A DNA stretch of 64,000 bases from an uncultured Christensenellaceae bacterium (GTDB taxonomy: Bacteria > Bacillota > Clostridia > Christensenellales > CAG-1252). A model generated the notes under the pieces. That model saw only the letters and a list, made by a program, of their open reading frames with translations. It did no database searches and had not been told where the DNA came from. The DNA lies in the NCBI GenBank assembly GCA_964368645.1, contig CAYJBY010000008.1, positions 47,249-111,248 of the forward strand, read 5' to 3'. Of this stretch, positions 55,347 through 64,000 are shown piece after piece (the first letter of the stretch is position 1; every line of letters begins with the position of its first letter). The position numbers were made by a program, and so were the translations under genes.

Positions 55347-56192
55347 TTACTTGTTCTTGAGTATAGCTTCGATGTCTGCCTTGGTAGCGCAAGCGTCAAA
55401 AGTGGTGTCGGTGTCCTTTACGATGAGTACCTGATAGGACCCGGTGAAGTAGGAATCGGAGAAGTTTACGGAAACCTTACGGGACTCTTTAACGGTCAGA
55501 CCTGCCATAGCAGCGTCAACGCCGTTGGTGCCTACGGAGGTTACGACGGAGTCGAAGTCCATATCCTTAATAACAAGTTCCATATCCAACTCGTCAGCGA
55601 TGATCTTAGCGATCTCGATGTCAATGCCGACGAAGTTCTCGCCCTGCTTGTACTCGAAGGGAGCAAACTCGGCGTTGGTTGCGATAACGAACTGAGCCTT
55701 ATTGCTGTCATAGGTGCCGCCTGCCACACCGGTGGGAACGTAATCTGCCTTGTTGTAGTTAGCGATGATTCCCGCCAAAGTGCCGTCTGCCTTGATGTCG
55801 GCAAGAATGGTGTTGATGCTTGCGAGCAATGCGGAATCAGCCTTGTTTACGCCGATTGCATAAGCCTCGTTGCTCAACGCGATGTCGATAACCTTGCAAC
55901 CGCCAAGCTCTGCAACAGCCGCCTTAGCCGGCTCGATGTCGCCGACAACGCAGTTGATGTTGCCATTCTTCATATCTGCAACAGCCTGTCCGATGCTGTC
56001 GTAGGTCTTCTTGCCGATGTTAGCAAAACCTGCAAATGCCATATCAACGTCGCCGTTCAAGTAAAGCTCGCCGGTGGTCGCAGACTGTGCGCCGATCTTG
56101 TACTGGTTCTTCGTATCATCGCAAGCGGTGATTGCGAAAGCAGTGCCGACTGCTATCATTGCTACTAATAAAATAACTAAAATTTTCTTCAT
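55347..56192 (-). CDS. Amino-acid ABC transporter substrate-binding lipoprotein
   Basis: Start moved to MKKILVILLVAMIAVGTAFAITAC (lipobox, GGAGGA RBS). Type 3 SBP-like sequence. Confidence 0.85.
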   Translation of the reverse strand: MKKILVILLVAMIAVGTAFAITACDDTKNQYKIGAQSATTGELYLNGDVDMAFAGFANIGKKTYDSIGQAVADMKNGNINCVVGDIEPAKAAVAELGGCKVIDIALSNEAYAIGVNKADSALLASINTILADIKADGTLAGIIANYNKADYVPTGVAGGTYDSNKAQFVIATNAEFAPFEYKQGENFVGIDIEIAKIIADELDMELVIKDMDFDSVVTSVGTNGVDAAMAGLTVKESRKVSVNFSDSYFTGSYQVLIVKDTDTTFDACATKADIEAILKNK

Positions 56193-56260
56193 ATTTATAT
56201 CCTCCAATTGATATCTGTGTTATTGTCGCGCTTTCGCTTGACTACACAAATAATATACAC

Positions 56261-56369
56261 CGCATAATATGCGTTTGGCAAGCATTTTTATGAAGAAATA
56301 TTGCATATTTTAAATAAAAATTATACATTTATTGCATAATCGTGAATATTTATTAAATATTTATGCAAA
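56261..56369 (-). promoter_or_regulatory. Cluster of TGCATA/TATGCA half-sites and palindromes upstream of the ABC operon
   Basis: CGCATAATATGCG is a perfect 13-bp palindrome (56261-56273). TTGCATAA...TTATGCAA is an inverted pair (56331-56367). AATATTTATTAAATATT is a 17-bp palindrome. Confidence 0.4.
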
Positions 56370-57107
56370 TCAAAATAAATTATACAGGGAAAACAGATTT
56401 TCAAGCTCCTTGATTTTTTTGTTTTCGGTTTTGCCGGAAGTCAGCAGTTTTTTGAGGGCTATCCATAAGCCGCGTGCCGCACGAATCTCGTCTCGGCTCA
56501 ATGCGTCGCTCAATCCGTCCGCTATGGCTATATAATCCGTCCTGTCCTTTTCGGTTAAGGAATTATCCGCCAAAAGCCCCGTGCGCAAAGCCACCAGTAT
56601 CTTCTCAGCCTCCGCAACGGCTTCGGGGTGAAGCACGGTGCGTTGTATCTCCTTGGTGGAAACGTCGGTTTCGCCTTCCTTGTTGACGCCCAGCATAAAA
56701 AGGGCGTTAAAGGCAGTGCGATACGGCAATATAACCGTGGTGCAGAAGCGATTGAAGGAAGCGGCGAGGTCGGGCGCGGCGAAATACGTGACCACAAACT
56801 TCTCCAGCATTTGTTTTTTGCTCTCGAAATCGTAAAGAAGTCCCGACACCATTGCCACTATCAGCTTGTTGCTGTTAGGGAGTTTAAGCCCCTTGCCGCT
56901 GGGGGAGCGGACAGCCTCGTCGATAAGCGCACTATAGCTTACGCCCTTATTGCACTCCTTGATGAAACCGCCGATAAGCTCGTTATGGGCTATGACCTTC
57001 ATAATGTTGACGATGCAGGCTCCCGACAAAAGAATATTGGAGTCCACGAAATTCTGAACTGCCTCGTTAAATAACGCCTGTGCTTCCTGCTTGTTATATC
57101 CTATCAT
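56370..57107 (-). CDS. Hypothetical protein (245 aa)
   Basis: Start moved to MIGYNKQEAQALFNEAV (GAGGAG RBS). The ORF-track N-terminal 29 aa are Arg/Ala-rich translation of a GC-rich leader. No family recognised. Confidence 0.55.
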   Translation of the reverse strand: MIGYNKQEAQALFNEAVQNFVDSNILLSGACIVNIMKVIAHNELIGGFIKECNKGVSYSALIDEAVRSPSGKGLKLPNSNKLIVAMVSGLLYDFESKKQMLEKFVVTYFAAPDLAASFNRFCTTVILPYRTAFNALFMLGVNKEGETDVSTKEIQRTVLHPEAVAEAEKILVALRTGLLADNSLTEKDRTDYIAIADGLSDALSRDEIRAARGLWIALKKLLTSGKTENKKIKELENLFSLYNLF

Positions 57108-57431
57108 AAAACCAACTCCTCGGTGCGCCTGCCTTGCCTCGGCGGCGTATCCAAATAAACGCGCGATACGCGTACTATGCGCACGCGCACGCACTCGTGC
57201 CTGTACGCATACGCGATGAACGCTGACTCATACCCTATTATTATAACAAAAATTTATACTTACGCAACGGATTATAATAATATAAAAAAGATAATTTTTT
57301 TCTCTTGTGGCGGTATTCTTTCAAAAGTACAAGATATAGCTTTTTGAAAAACAATCGGAAATTTAACTATTAAAAAGGGTTCTTTTTGTGTTAAAATCTG
57401 CATATCAGAAGATAAGAGGCGCAGAGCGTAA

Positions 57432-57965
57432 ATGATAGACAATACAAACTGTAAGTTAATACTTTTATACGTATTGGATAAGATAGAGATCCCTCTGGAG
57501 AGGGACCTGCTTTTGTCTATTTGCTATTTTGACAACAAATGGCTGCTCTACCACGAGGCTACCGAAAGCATTTCCCAGTTGGAATCCGTCAACTTCATTC
57601 ACAGCGACGTCAGCAATAAACAGATTTTTTACAGCATTACCCCCACAGGCCGTCAGTGCTTAGCGAGTTTTTACACCAGAATAGACAATTCCGTCCGCGA
57701 AAGTATCTCTAAGTACGCCAAGGAAAACCGCCTCAATCTGCGTAAAAAGCAAGAGCTTTTCCGCGATTATTACCAGAACGAGGACGGCACATACACCATC
57801 GCGCTTAAGGTTTTCGAGTCGAAACGAGGCAAGGCTCTGGATAAGGCGTTGCTTGAGATGAAGCTGGTGGTTGACGAGAAGGAACAGGCGCGTTACGTTT
57901 ACGAGAACTGGTGCGACAAGGCGGCGAAAATCTACGAGATGCTTCTGGACAACCTTATAGACTGA
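57432..57965 (+). CDS. DUF4364-family protein (winged-helix-like putative regulator)
   Basis: CKLILLYVLDKIEIPLERDLLLSICYFDNKWLLY N-terminus resembles DUF4364. Confidence 0.6.
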   Translation: MIDNTNCKLILLYVLDKIEIPLERDLLLSICYFDNKWLLYHEATESISQLESVNFIHSDVSNKQIFYSITPTGRQCLASFYTRIDNSVRESISKYAKENRLNLRKKQELFRDYYQNEDGTYTIALKVFESKRGKALDKALLEMKLVVDEKEQARYVYENWCDKAAKIYEMLLDNLID

Positions 57966-57990
57966 TATTTATACCGTTTTTCGGAGCGGT

Positions 57991-58024
57991 TAAAAAGACA
58001 GGTTTTGCGACCTGTCTTTTTTTG
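57991..58024 (+). terminator. Rho-independent terminator
   Basis: Stem aaaagacaggt/acctgtctttt, then T7. Confidence 0.85.
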
Positions 58025-58203
58025 TAGGTGATTATTGATATAACCTTATATCATTGGGAATATCTGTGTAACCGTCGGCGATAATTGTTGCGTAATCGAC
58101 GGCTACGCTTATAACAGTCGGCGATAATAGCCGAGTTAATTATCGATATAATAAAATTTTTAACGCCGCTATCCGTAAAAATGCGGACGTATTCAGCGGT
58201 ATA

Positions 58204-59796
58204 TTATTGATTATCCACGGGGAACAGCTTTTCCACAATCAGAGCGCGAAGCTCCTCTATTCCCTCTCCCGTTTTGGCGGAAATCCTTACGCTGTCTAGG
58301 GCTACAGGCAGGATTATCTCCTCTTTTTGAGCGTCGCACTTGTTATAAACCGTGATTCGCGGTATAGCTCCTGCGCCGATTTCCTCTAAAACCTTAATCA
58401 CCACGTCGTATTTTGCGCTAAGCTCCGACTCGGAAGCGTCGGCAACCAATAACAGTAAGTCCGCATAACGGGTTTCGTCCAGTGTGGATTTGAAGGCATC
58501 GACAAACTCGTGGGGTAAGCGGTTGATAAAACCTACCGTATCCGTTAGCAGGTATTCGCCCCTATCCTGCCAGACGTTGCGGCTCACCGAATCCAAGGTG
58601 GCGAAAAGCTTGTTTTCCTCCAGTACCCCTGCCTTGGTGATACGGTTCATAAGCGTACTCTTGCCTGCGTTGGTATAGCCTACGATTACCACGTTTTTCA
58701 CGCCCTTTTCGCGGCGTTTGTTACGTCTTTCGTCCTGTCTTTGCTTGACCTTTTCCAGCTTATCGGTAATGAGGTTAATCCTATCGTATATATGCCGTCT
58801 GTCCAACTCCAGTTTGGTTTCGCCGCCGCCGCCCATAGCGTATAAGCCGCCGCGCTGACGGGATAACGCCTTTCCCTGCCCCGAAAGCGTGGGAAGCAAA
58901 TGCTTAAGCGCGGCAAGCTCAACCTGTAGCTTACCCTCGGCGGTTGTGGCGTGTTTTGCAAAAATATCCAATATAAGCGTAGGGCGGTCGATAACCGTAA
59001 GCCCAAGCTCTTCCTCGATTTTGGCAACCTGCAAACTGCTAAGCTGGTGGTCGAAAATCACGGTTGCAATCCTGTTGACCTGACATATCAAGGATAGCTC
59101 CTTCAGCTTACCTGAGCCGACAAAAAACTCCTTATCGGGGCGGTCTTTTCGCTGAATAACGCTGTAAACAGGCTCGTAATCCAAGGTCGCCGCCAATGCG
59201 GACAGCTCTGAAAGCGAGCTTTGGGCGTCCTTCGCTTGCGAGCAGTGAATCAATAAGGCGCGGTGGTTAGGCGCAACGTCCTGCGCGACTGCCGCTCCCT
59301 TGGTGCTGTGCTCCGCTTCGGTTATCCTGTCCATCAGCCTATCGTCGTCAAAATCCGCTCCCTTGTAGCGCAGACAGACTACGCTGTCGCCCTCTAAAAA
59401 TGCGGCGTACAAATCCGTAACCCTTTTATCGGTGACGCCCACTGCCGCCATACAATCGTATTTTGCCGCCTTAAGAGCGGAAACGTCCGGTGCGGACAGC
59501 TCGCCCGAAGCGTTGGGGTGGGTGTGAATGCACCTTATGCCGTTAAGTCCTTTCTTACCGCGCTTTTGAGATAGGTCGGGGAGCTTGACGGTGGAGCAGT
59601 CGCCGATACCGAAGCCCACGATTCGCCCTCCGCGCGTTATAAAAACGGAAAATTCCCGATTATATCGGGAAGTTAATTCCGCCATCAACGCCAGCACGTC
59701 GCGGTCAACAAACAGATTTTTGTCATAATCCGTTTCCAAATCTTTCAGCTGCCAAAGGACAGCTCTTTTTATACCCTCGGTGTTTCCGTATATCAT
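58204..59796 (-). CDS. hflX: GTPase HflX with an N-terminal JAMM/MPN (RadC-like) domain extension
   Basis: HflX N-domain (FVGSGKLKEL), the linker LQVELAALKHLLP, and G-domain GYTNAGKST, DTVGF, NKCD. An extra N-terminal 175 aa or so carries HTHPNASGELSAPD (HxHx7SxxD). Confidence 0.85.
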   Translation of the reverse strand: MIYGNTEGIKRAVLWQLKDLETDYDKNLFVDRDVLALMAELTSRYNREFSVFITRGGRIVGFGIGDCSTVKLPDLSQKRGKKGLNGIRCIHTHPNASGELSAPDVSALKAAKYDCMAAVGVTDKRVTDLYAAFLEGDSVVCLRYKGADFDDDRLMDRITEAEHSTKGAAVAQDVAPNHRALLIHCSQAKDAQSSLSELSALAATLDYEPVYSVIQRKDRPDKEFFVGSGKLKELSLICQVNRIATVIFDHQLSSLQVAKIEEELGLTVIDRPTLILDIFAKHATTAEGKLQVELAALKHLLPTLSGQGKALSRQRGGLYAMGGGGETKLELDRRHIYDRINLITDKLEKVKQRQDERRNKRREKGVKNVVIVGYTNAGKSTLMNRITKAGVLEENKLFATLDSVSRNVWQDRGEYLLTDTVGFINRLPHEFVDAFKSTLDETRYADLLLLVADASESELSAKYDVVIKVLEEIGAGAIPRITVYNKCDAQKEEIILPVALDSVRISAKTGEGIEELRALIVEKLFPVDNQ

Positions 59797-59802
59797 AAGT
59801 AC

Positions 59803-59831
59803 AGTATAGCATTGAGCGTGTTGTTTTGCAA
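59803..59831 (-). promoter_or_regulatory. Promoter placing the TSS at or next to the hflX ATG
   Basis: On the minus strand: TTGCAA, 17 nt, TATACT. Only 6 nt separate the -10 from the ATG at 59796. Confidence 0.5.
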
Positions 59832-59989
59832 TCGGTGTTGACAAGAATTGGGATTATCCGTTCCGAAAGCCTAGATTTACAGTCTTTAGCCTTGCGATTG
59901 ACGGTGAGCAAATACCCTTTCGCGTTGGACGATTATCAACCTGCGATTATCCCTGCAACCTAAGTAGAAAGGTGCCGTTAGCGCACTCC

Positions 59990-60685
59990 TTAGCGTTTGA
60001 CAATTACGTCGCCGCTGACAGGATCGATTAACAAAGCCCAATAGTCGCTGGGAGACGCGATATACGCCACGTACCAGTAGTACTCGCTCCCTGAGTTTTC
60101 TGCGTCGTTAATATACTTGACGTATATCTCCCTTGCATACTTTCCGTCCGCCTTTTCGGCGGCGACCTTTTCCGCGAAGTTTTCCTCCGCGATTTTCAAC
60201 GCCTCCTCACTGTTGATTTTGTCCAACAGCTTATCGGTTAAAACTACGTTTTCCTCTGCGGTTGAGCTAATCACCGTAATCGAGGTTACCTCACCGATGT
60301 TTTTAAGCCCTGTCACCTCCGCGGTAAAGGAAGTGCCGAAAGTGTCCTTTGTCAAAGCCCCGGTCAGCTCGCCCGACGCTCCGATTAGCTTGAAGGTGTA
60401 TTCGCAATTAAACAAATCCACGTGCAGGGGCGTGACCGTCAGGGTGGAAAAATCCTTTAGCTCGCCTGCGATTCCGTTGGCGATGAACATTTCCTCACTT
60501 CTGCCGCAGCTTAACGATACATTATAATTAGGAGTACAGCCTGCGTACAGCTCCTCTTGTATATAGCTGACACAACTATCGTCCGCAGTTTCGTCGTCAG
60601 CAGGCTTACAGCCTACGAAGGTACACGGTATCAGCAAACAGATAAATAAACATATTACGGTTACGGCAAATATTGATTTTTTCAT
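59990..60685 (-). CDS. Hypothetical lipoprotein
   Basis: Start moved to MKKSIFAVTVICLFICLLIPCTFVGC (lipobox, AAGGAGAG RBS). Confidence 0.7.
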   Translation of the reverse strand: MKKSIFAVTVICLFICLLIPCTFVGCKPADDETADDSCVSYIQEELYAGCTPNYNVSLSCGRSEEMFIANGIAGELKDFSTLTVTPLHVDLFNCEYTFKLIGASGELTGALTKDTFGTSFTAEVTGLKNIGEVTSITVISSTAEENVVLTDKLLDKINSEEALKIAEENFAEKVAAEKADGKYAREIYVKYINDAENSGSEYYWYVAYIASPSDYWALLIDPVSGDVIVKR

Positions 60686-60756
60686 AATTCTCTCCTTCAA
60701 AAAGTCAATATATGCTTATGTCGAAGCCTACGGGAATATTACTATACGCGCTTTAG

Positions 60757-60786
60757 TTGACAAAATGCCAACCGGCGTGTTATAAA
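60757..60786 (+). promoter_or_regulatory. Promoter for the small acidic protein gene
   Basis: TTGACA, 17-18 nt, TATAAA. Confidence 0.55.
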
Positions 60787-60809
60787 TACTAAGTATCGGA
60801 GGTGATACA

Positions 60810-60986
60810 ATGAACAATTTGGAATTATCCTACCTCGCCGATGAGATGGACGAGGACTCCTTCGACTGGGAAGACGTCATACGGCAGGAAGCCGCCAACG
60901 CAGAGCAACACGACGCTAAGGATTTCAAGAGCAAATATCTTGATTTTTATGACGATATCAAAACCAGCCCTTATGACGATTGGTGA
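60810..60986 (+). CDS. 58-aa highly acidic hypothetical protein
   Basis: Not in the ORF track. GGAGGTGAT RBS. MNNLELSYLADEMDEDSFDWEDVIRQEAANAEQHDAKDFKSKYLDFYDDIKTSPYDDW. It has its own promoter and terminator. Confidence 0.6.
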   Translation: MNNLELSYLADEMDEDSFDWEDVIRQEAANAEQHDAKDFKSKYLDFYDDIKTSPYDDW

Positions 60987-61006
60987 GCCTAGCGCGAGCT
61001 TCGCTT

Positions 61007-61044
61007 GAAAAAAGAACACGCCTATAGCGTGTTCTTTTTGTTTT
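61007..61044. terminator. Bidirectional rho-independent terminator
   Basis: A6-gaacacg...cgtgttc-T5 lies between convergent genes. Confidence 0.8.
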
Positions 61045-61092
61045 GTATTAGTTTTTCATTAGCTTGCTAATTGAGCATAGCTTTAACGCGGT

Positions 61093-61728
61093 CTAGTTAC
61101 TGCGTTTTTGAATCATTGACTTAACCTTCATCAAGCGTATCGTGTTAGCACGCTCGTTTTCGTCCAGTTTCATCGTGATGTACTTGATGGTTTCCTCAAT
61201 GTTGGGAATCATTACGTATTCCAAAGCGTTGACTCTGCGGCGGTTTTTCTCGATTTCGTCGGCGAGCATATTGCAGGTCTTCTCCACCTCCGCCAATTTC
61301 ACCAGTTTTTCCACCAGTTCGGTAAGAGTAACTATGCTGTTATCCAAGCCCTCGGGAACCGTTATAAAGCTGTACGGATACTGCTCCTTCTTATCCACGG
61401 GGTCCAGTTTCAGCTCGGGAACTTCCACACTCATTACATTGCGGAAGCCTGTGGTTAAGGACAGCTCGAAGGACGGCATAGCGATAGCTTCCTGTATAAC
61501 CGCGTCGTCTGCGCCTGCCCGTGCCAACATAAAGCCGGACAGTGCCTCGGTCAACTCCGGTTCAAGCTCCGTTCTCAGCCTTTTGTTCTCCTTGACGTAC
61601 AGCATAAACTGCCGAACCATCTCGTCGGACTTATCCTTTAGCAGCTTGTGTCCCCTAACCGCCGTCTTGAGCCTTGCCTTTAACCGCGATAGCTCCATAC
61701 GGGTGGGGTTGACGTTCATTCTTGCCAT
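61093..61728 (-). CDS. ntpD: V-type ATP synthase subunit D
   Basis: MARMNVNPTRMELSRLKARLKTAVRGHKLLKDK is the canonical V/A-ATPase D N-terminus. Confidence 0.9.
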   Translation of the reverse strand: MARMNVNPTRMELSRLKARLKTAVRGHKLLKDKSDEMVRQFMLYVKENKRLRTELEPELTEALSGFMLARAGADDAVIQEAIAMPSFELSLTTGFRNVMSVEVPELKLDPVDKKEQYPYSFITVPEGLDNSIVTLTELVEKLVKLAEVEKTCNMLADEIEKNRRRVNALEYVMIPNIEETIKYITMKLDENERANTIRLMKVKSMIQKRSN

Positions 61729-63123
61729 TTATTTACCCTCGACTTCTTGTTTCGCCTTGTCGTAATACTTCTCTATAAAGGAATCTCTTATTCTCTTCAG
61801 CTCGGATCTCGGCAGTATTGTGAGCAATCTCCAGCCCAAGTCTAAGGTTTCCTCTATGGTACGGTTAACCTCGAAGCCTTGCGCTACGTACTGCTTTTCA
61901 AATTCCTCCGCGAACTTTGCGTAAAGCTTGTCAACCTCGCTTAACGCCGCGTCGCCCAATATTGCCGCCAATTCCTTAGCTTCTTTACCCCTTGCATAAG
62001 CGGCGAAAAGCTGGTTCATCGTGTCGGCGTGATCCTCACGGGTTTTGCCCTTGCCTATACCCTTGTCCTTAAGACGGGACAAAGAAGGTAAAACGTCTAT
62101 CGGAGGGATAACGTCCTTTTTATAAAGAGGACGGGATAGAAGTATCTGTCCCTCGGTGATATATCCCGTAAGGTCGGGTATGGGGTGAGTTTTGTCGTCT
62201 TCGGGCATAGTTAATATAGGTATTTGGGTAATACTGCCTTCTTTGCCCTTAATTCTGCCTGCTCTCTCGTACATTGTGGCAAGGTCGGTATAAAGGTAGC
62301 CGGGATAGCCGCGGCGACCGGGAACTTCCTTTCTTGCGGCGGAAACCTCTCTCAACGCCTCGGCGTAGTTGGTTATGTCCGTCATAATTACCAAAACGTG
62401 CATACCGCATTCAAAAGCCAAATACTCTGCGGCGGTCAAAGCCATACGAGGAGTGGATATACGCTCGATTGCGGGGTCGTTGGCTAAGTTCATAAACAGT
62501 ACGGTTCTGTCGATTGCTCCAGTGCGCTTGAAGTCGGATATAAAGAAATCCGCTTCCTCGAAGGTAATACCTACCGCGGCGAATACGACTGCGAACTTGC
62601 TGTCGCTGTTAAGCACCTTAGCCTGTCTTGCAATCTGCGCCGCCAAATTGGCGTGCGGTAAGCCTGACGCGGAGAACACGGGGAGCTTCTGCCCTCTTAC
62701 CAGAGTGTTAAGTCCGTCAATCGCGGAAATACCCGTCTGGATAAACTCGTCGGGATAGTCGCGGCTGTAGGGGTTGATAGGCTGACCGTTGATATCCATA
62801 CGCTTGTCGGGGATAATCGGTGCGCCGCCGTCCTTGGGACGTCCCATTCCGTCGAAAACTCTGCCCAACATCTCGGGAGAAACCGCGAGTTCCAAACTCT
62901 TGCCCAAGAATCTTGCCTTGGAGGTGCTGATTTTCAAGCCTTGGCTGTTCTCGAACAACTGAACCAACGCCTTATCGTTCTCGACTTCCAGTACCTTACC
63001 GCGTCTTACGTCGCCGTTTTCCTGATAAATCTCCACCAGCTCGTTATACTTAACGCCGTTGACGCCGTCCACCAGCATAAGGGGACCGACTACTTCTTTT
63101 ATGGATCTGTATTCTTTTAACAT
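61729..63123 (-). CDS. ntpB: V-type ATP synthase subunit B
   Basis: 464 aa. ...[14 protein letters not shown]...[15 protein letters not shown]... is typical of V/A-type B subunits. Confidence 0.9.
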   Translation of the reverse strand: MLKEYRSIKEVVGPLMLVDGVNGVKYNELVEIYQENGDVRRGKVLEVENDKALVQLFENSQGLKISTSKARFLGKSLELAVSPEMLGRVFDGMGRPKDGGAPIIPDKRMDINGQPINPYSRDYPDEFIQTGISAIDGLNTLVRGQKLPVFSASGLPHANLAAQIARQAKVLNSDSKFAVVFAAVGITFEEADFFISDFKRTGAIDRTVLFMNLANDPAIERISTPRMALTAAEYLAFECGMHVLVIMTDITNYAEALREVSAARKEVPGRRGYPGYLYTDLATMYERAGRIKGKEGSITQIPILTMPEDDKTHPIPDLTGYITEGQILLSRPLYKKDVIPPIDVLPSLSRLKDKGIGKGKTREDHADTMNQLFAAYARGKEAKELAAILGDAALSEVDKLYAKFAEEFEKQYVAQGFEVNRTIEETLDLGWRLLTILPRSELKRIRDSFIEKYYDKAKQEVEGK

Positions 63124-63124
63124 A

Positions 63125-64000
63125 TTACAGCTCTCCTTTGCTTATGAGAGAGGAGATTTCCTCTTTTATCTCGCTTTCTATCTTATCGAAATCGCTGAGC
63201 TTGCTTTCCTCAATGTACTTGCTGCGGCCTATCTTTTCGTTGACGGGTAATGCAAGTATGTCCTCTACGTCCACCAGCTTGTCGATAGCGTTCCTGCCCT
63301 GCTCGTACATTGTCAATATGAGCTTGAGCATACGAAGCTGTTTTTCAAGGGAAGCGTAGGTGTCTATCTCGTGGAAGGCGTTTTGATGCAAATAGTCCTC
63401 TCTTATGGATTTGGCTATTTCCATCGTGTAACGGTCGGCTGGCGATAAAGCGTCCATACCTACCAAGCGGACGATTTCGTCCAGCTCCGCCTCTTCCTGC
63501 AAAACTCTCACTGCCGCCTTACGGCAGTTATCCCAATCCGCGCTGACGTGGGTGTTAAACCAGTCTGCCAGCTTATCGCAGTAAAGGGAATAGCTTGTAA
63601 GCCAATCTATAGCAGGGAAATGACGCTTGTAAGCCAAGCTTGCGGACAAGCCCCAGAAAACCTTGACTATACGCAAAGTACCCTGAGAAACAGGCTCCGA
63701 AAGGTCGCCGCCGGGAGGAGATACTGCGCCTATTGCGGTGACACTGCCCAGTTTGTCCTCTTTGCCCAGTACCTCGACGATACCTGCTCTCTCGTAGAAC
63801 TCCGCCAAACGGCTGGACAGATACGCAGGGTATCCTTCCTCGCCGGGCATCTCTTCCAATCTGCCTGACATTTCACGCAGAGCTTCCGCCCAACGGGAGG
63901 TACTGTCCGCCATAATCGCTACGTTGTAACCCATATCGCGGAAGTACTCCGCAATGGTGATACCCGTATAGATGGACGCTTCACGCGCCGCAACGGGCAT
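63125..64000 (-). CDS. ntpA: V-type ATP synthase subunit A, C-terminal part (gene continues past the window end)
   Basis: ...[56 protein letters not shown]... is a catalytic A subunit. Confidence 0.9.
   Translation of the reverse strand: MPVAAREASIYTGITIAEYFRDMGYNVAIMADSTSRWAEALREMSGRLEEMPGEEGYPAYLSSRLAEFYERAGIVEVLGKEDKLGSVTAIGAVSPPGGDLSEPVSQGTLRIVKVFWGLSASLAYKRHFPAIDWLTSYSLYCDKLADWFNTHVSADWDNCRKAAVRVLQEEAELDEIVRLVGMDALSPADRYTMEIAKSIREDYLHQNAFHEIDTYASLEKQLRMLKLILTMYEQGRNAIDKLVDVEDILALPVNEKIGRSKYIEESKLSDFDKIESEIKEEISSLISKGEL

Noticed and set aside
55260-56168. Long antisense ORFs inside well-supported genes: 55260-56168 (302 aa), 5842-6546, 24068-24697, 49177-49875, 61142-61765, 56628-57074 and 17502-18011.
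   Set aside because: Each lies entirely opposite a gene with clear family motifs. They lack an RBS and have low-complexity or biased composition (Ser/Leu/Val/Arg rich). They are typical shadow ORFs.
57176-57194. A 19-nt alternating purine-pyrimidine (CG/CA) tract with Z-DNA potential in the leader of 56370-57107.
   Set aside because: It is short and isolated, and it is the reason the ORF track extends that ORF with an Arg/Ala-rich N-terminus. There is no evidence of function.
1-64000. tRNA, rRNA, tmRNA, riboswitch, T-box, transposase/integrase and inverted-repeat-bounded IS elements.
   Set aside because: Scanning intergenic regions by eye found no cloverleaf-like GTTCGAATC-type arms, no recognisable riboswitch cores and no recombinase motifs. 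Absence is provisional without Infernal, tRNAscan or ISfinder.

Overview
The window is a 64-kb chromosomal segment. By inference it comes from an anaerobic, endospore-forming Firmicute (Clostridia-like). Supporting signs are gpr next to rpsT, a V-type ATPase, rubrerythrin, GGAGG ribosome-binding sites and many textbook TTGACA-17-TATAAT promoters. I count about 58 protein-coding genes, several of which are absent from the ORF track because they are shorter than 60 aa or partial. I recognised no rRNA, tRNA, CRISPR array, transposase or integrase. Content is mostly housekeeping and metabolism: transporters, metallophosphoesterases, ABC-F, an EF-G paralog, murI, hflX, an amino-acid ABC system, a two-component system and V-ATPase D/B/A. 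Accessory-looking insertions are interspersed. The best candidate for an undescribed system is a 1054-aa DUF4062(TIR-like)-P-loop STAND-TPR protein at 26228-29392, built like an Avs/bNACHT-type immune sensor and co-transcribed with a radical-SAM gene. Other notable items: (1) two paralogous 29-aa hydrophobic peptide genes with identical RBS geometry in an otherwise non-coding 1-kb gap (type I toxin-like); (2) an AT-rich islet at about 32.8-36.3 kb with an XRE repressor, twin operators and a zinc-ribbon protein; (3) a GPH sugar symporter interrupted by an in-frame TAA; (4) an HflX GTPase with an N-terminal JAMM/RadC-like domain and an apparently leaderless promoter; (5) unusual domain fusions (flavin reductase-rubredoxin-rubrerythrin, RidA-unknown, Big_2-VanZ, a histidine kinase with a C-terminal membrane anchor); (6) locally self-similar tandem repeats in many intergenic spacers. 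All product calls rest on motif recognition by eye. No database search was run.
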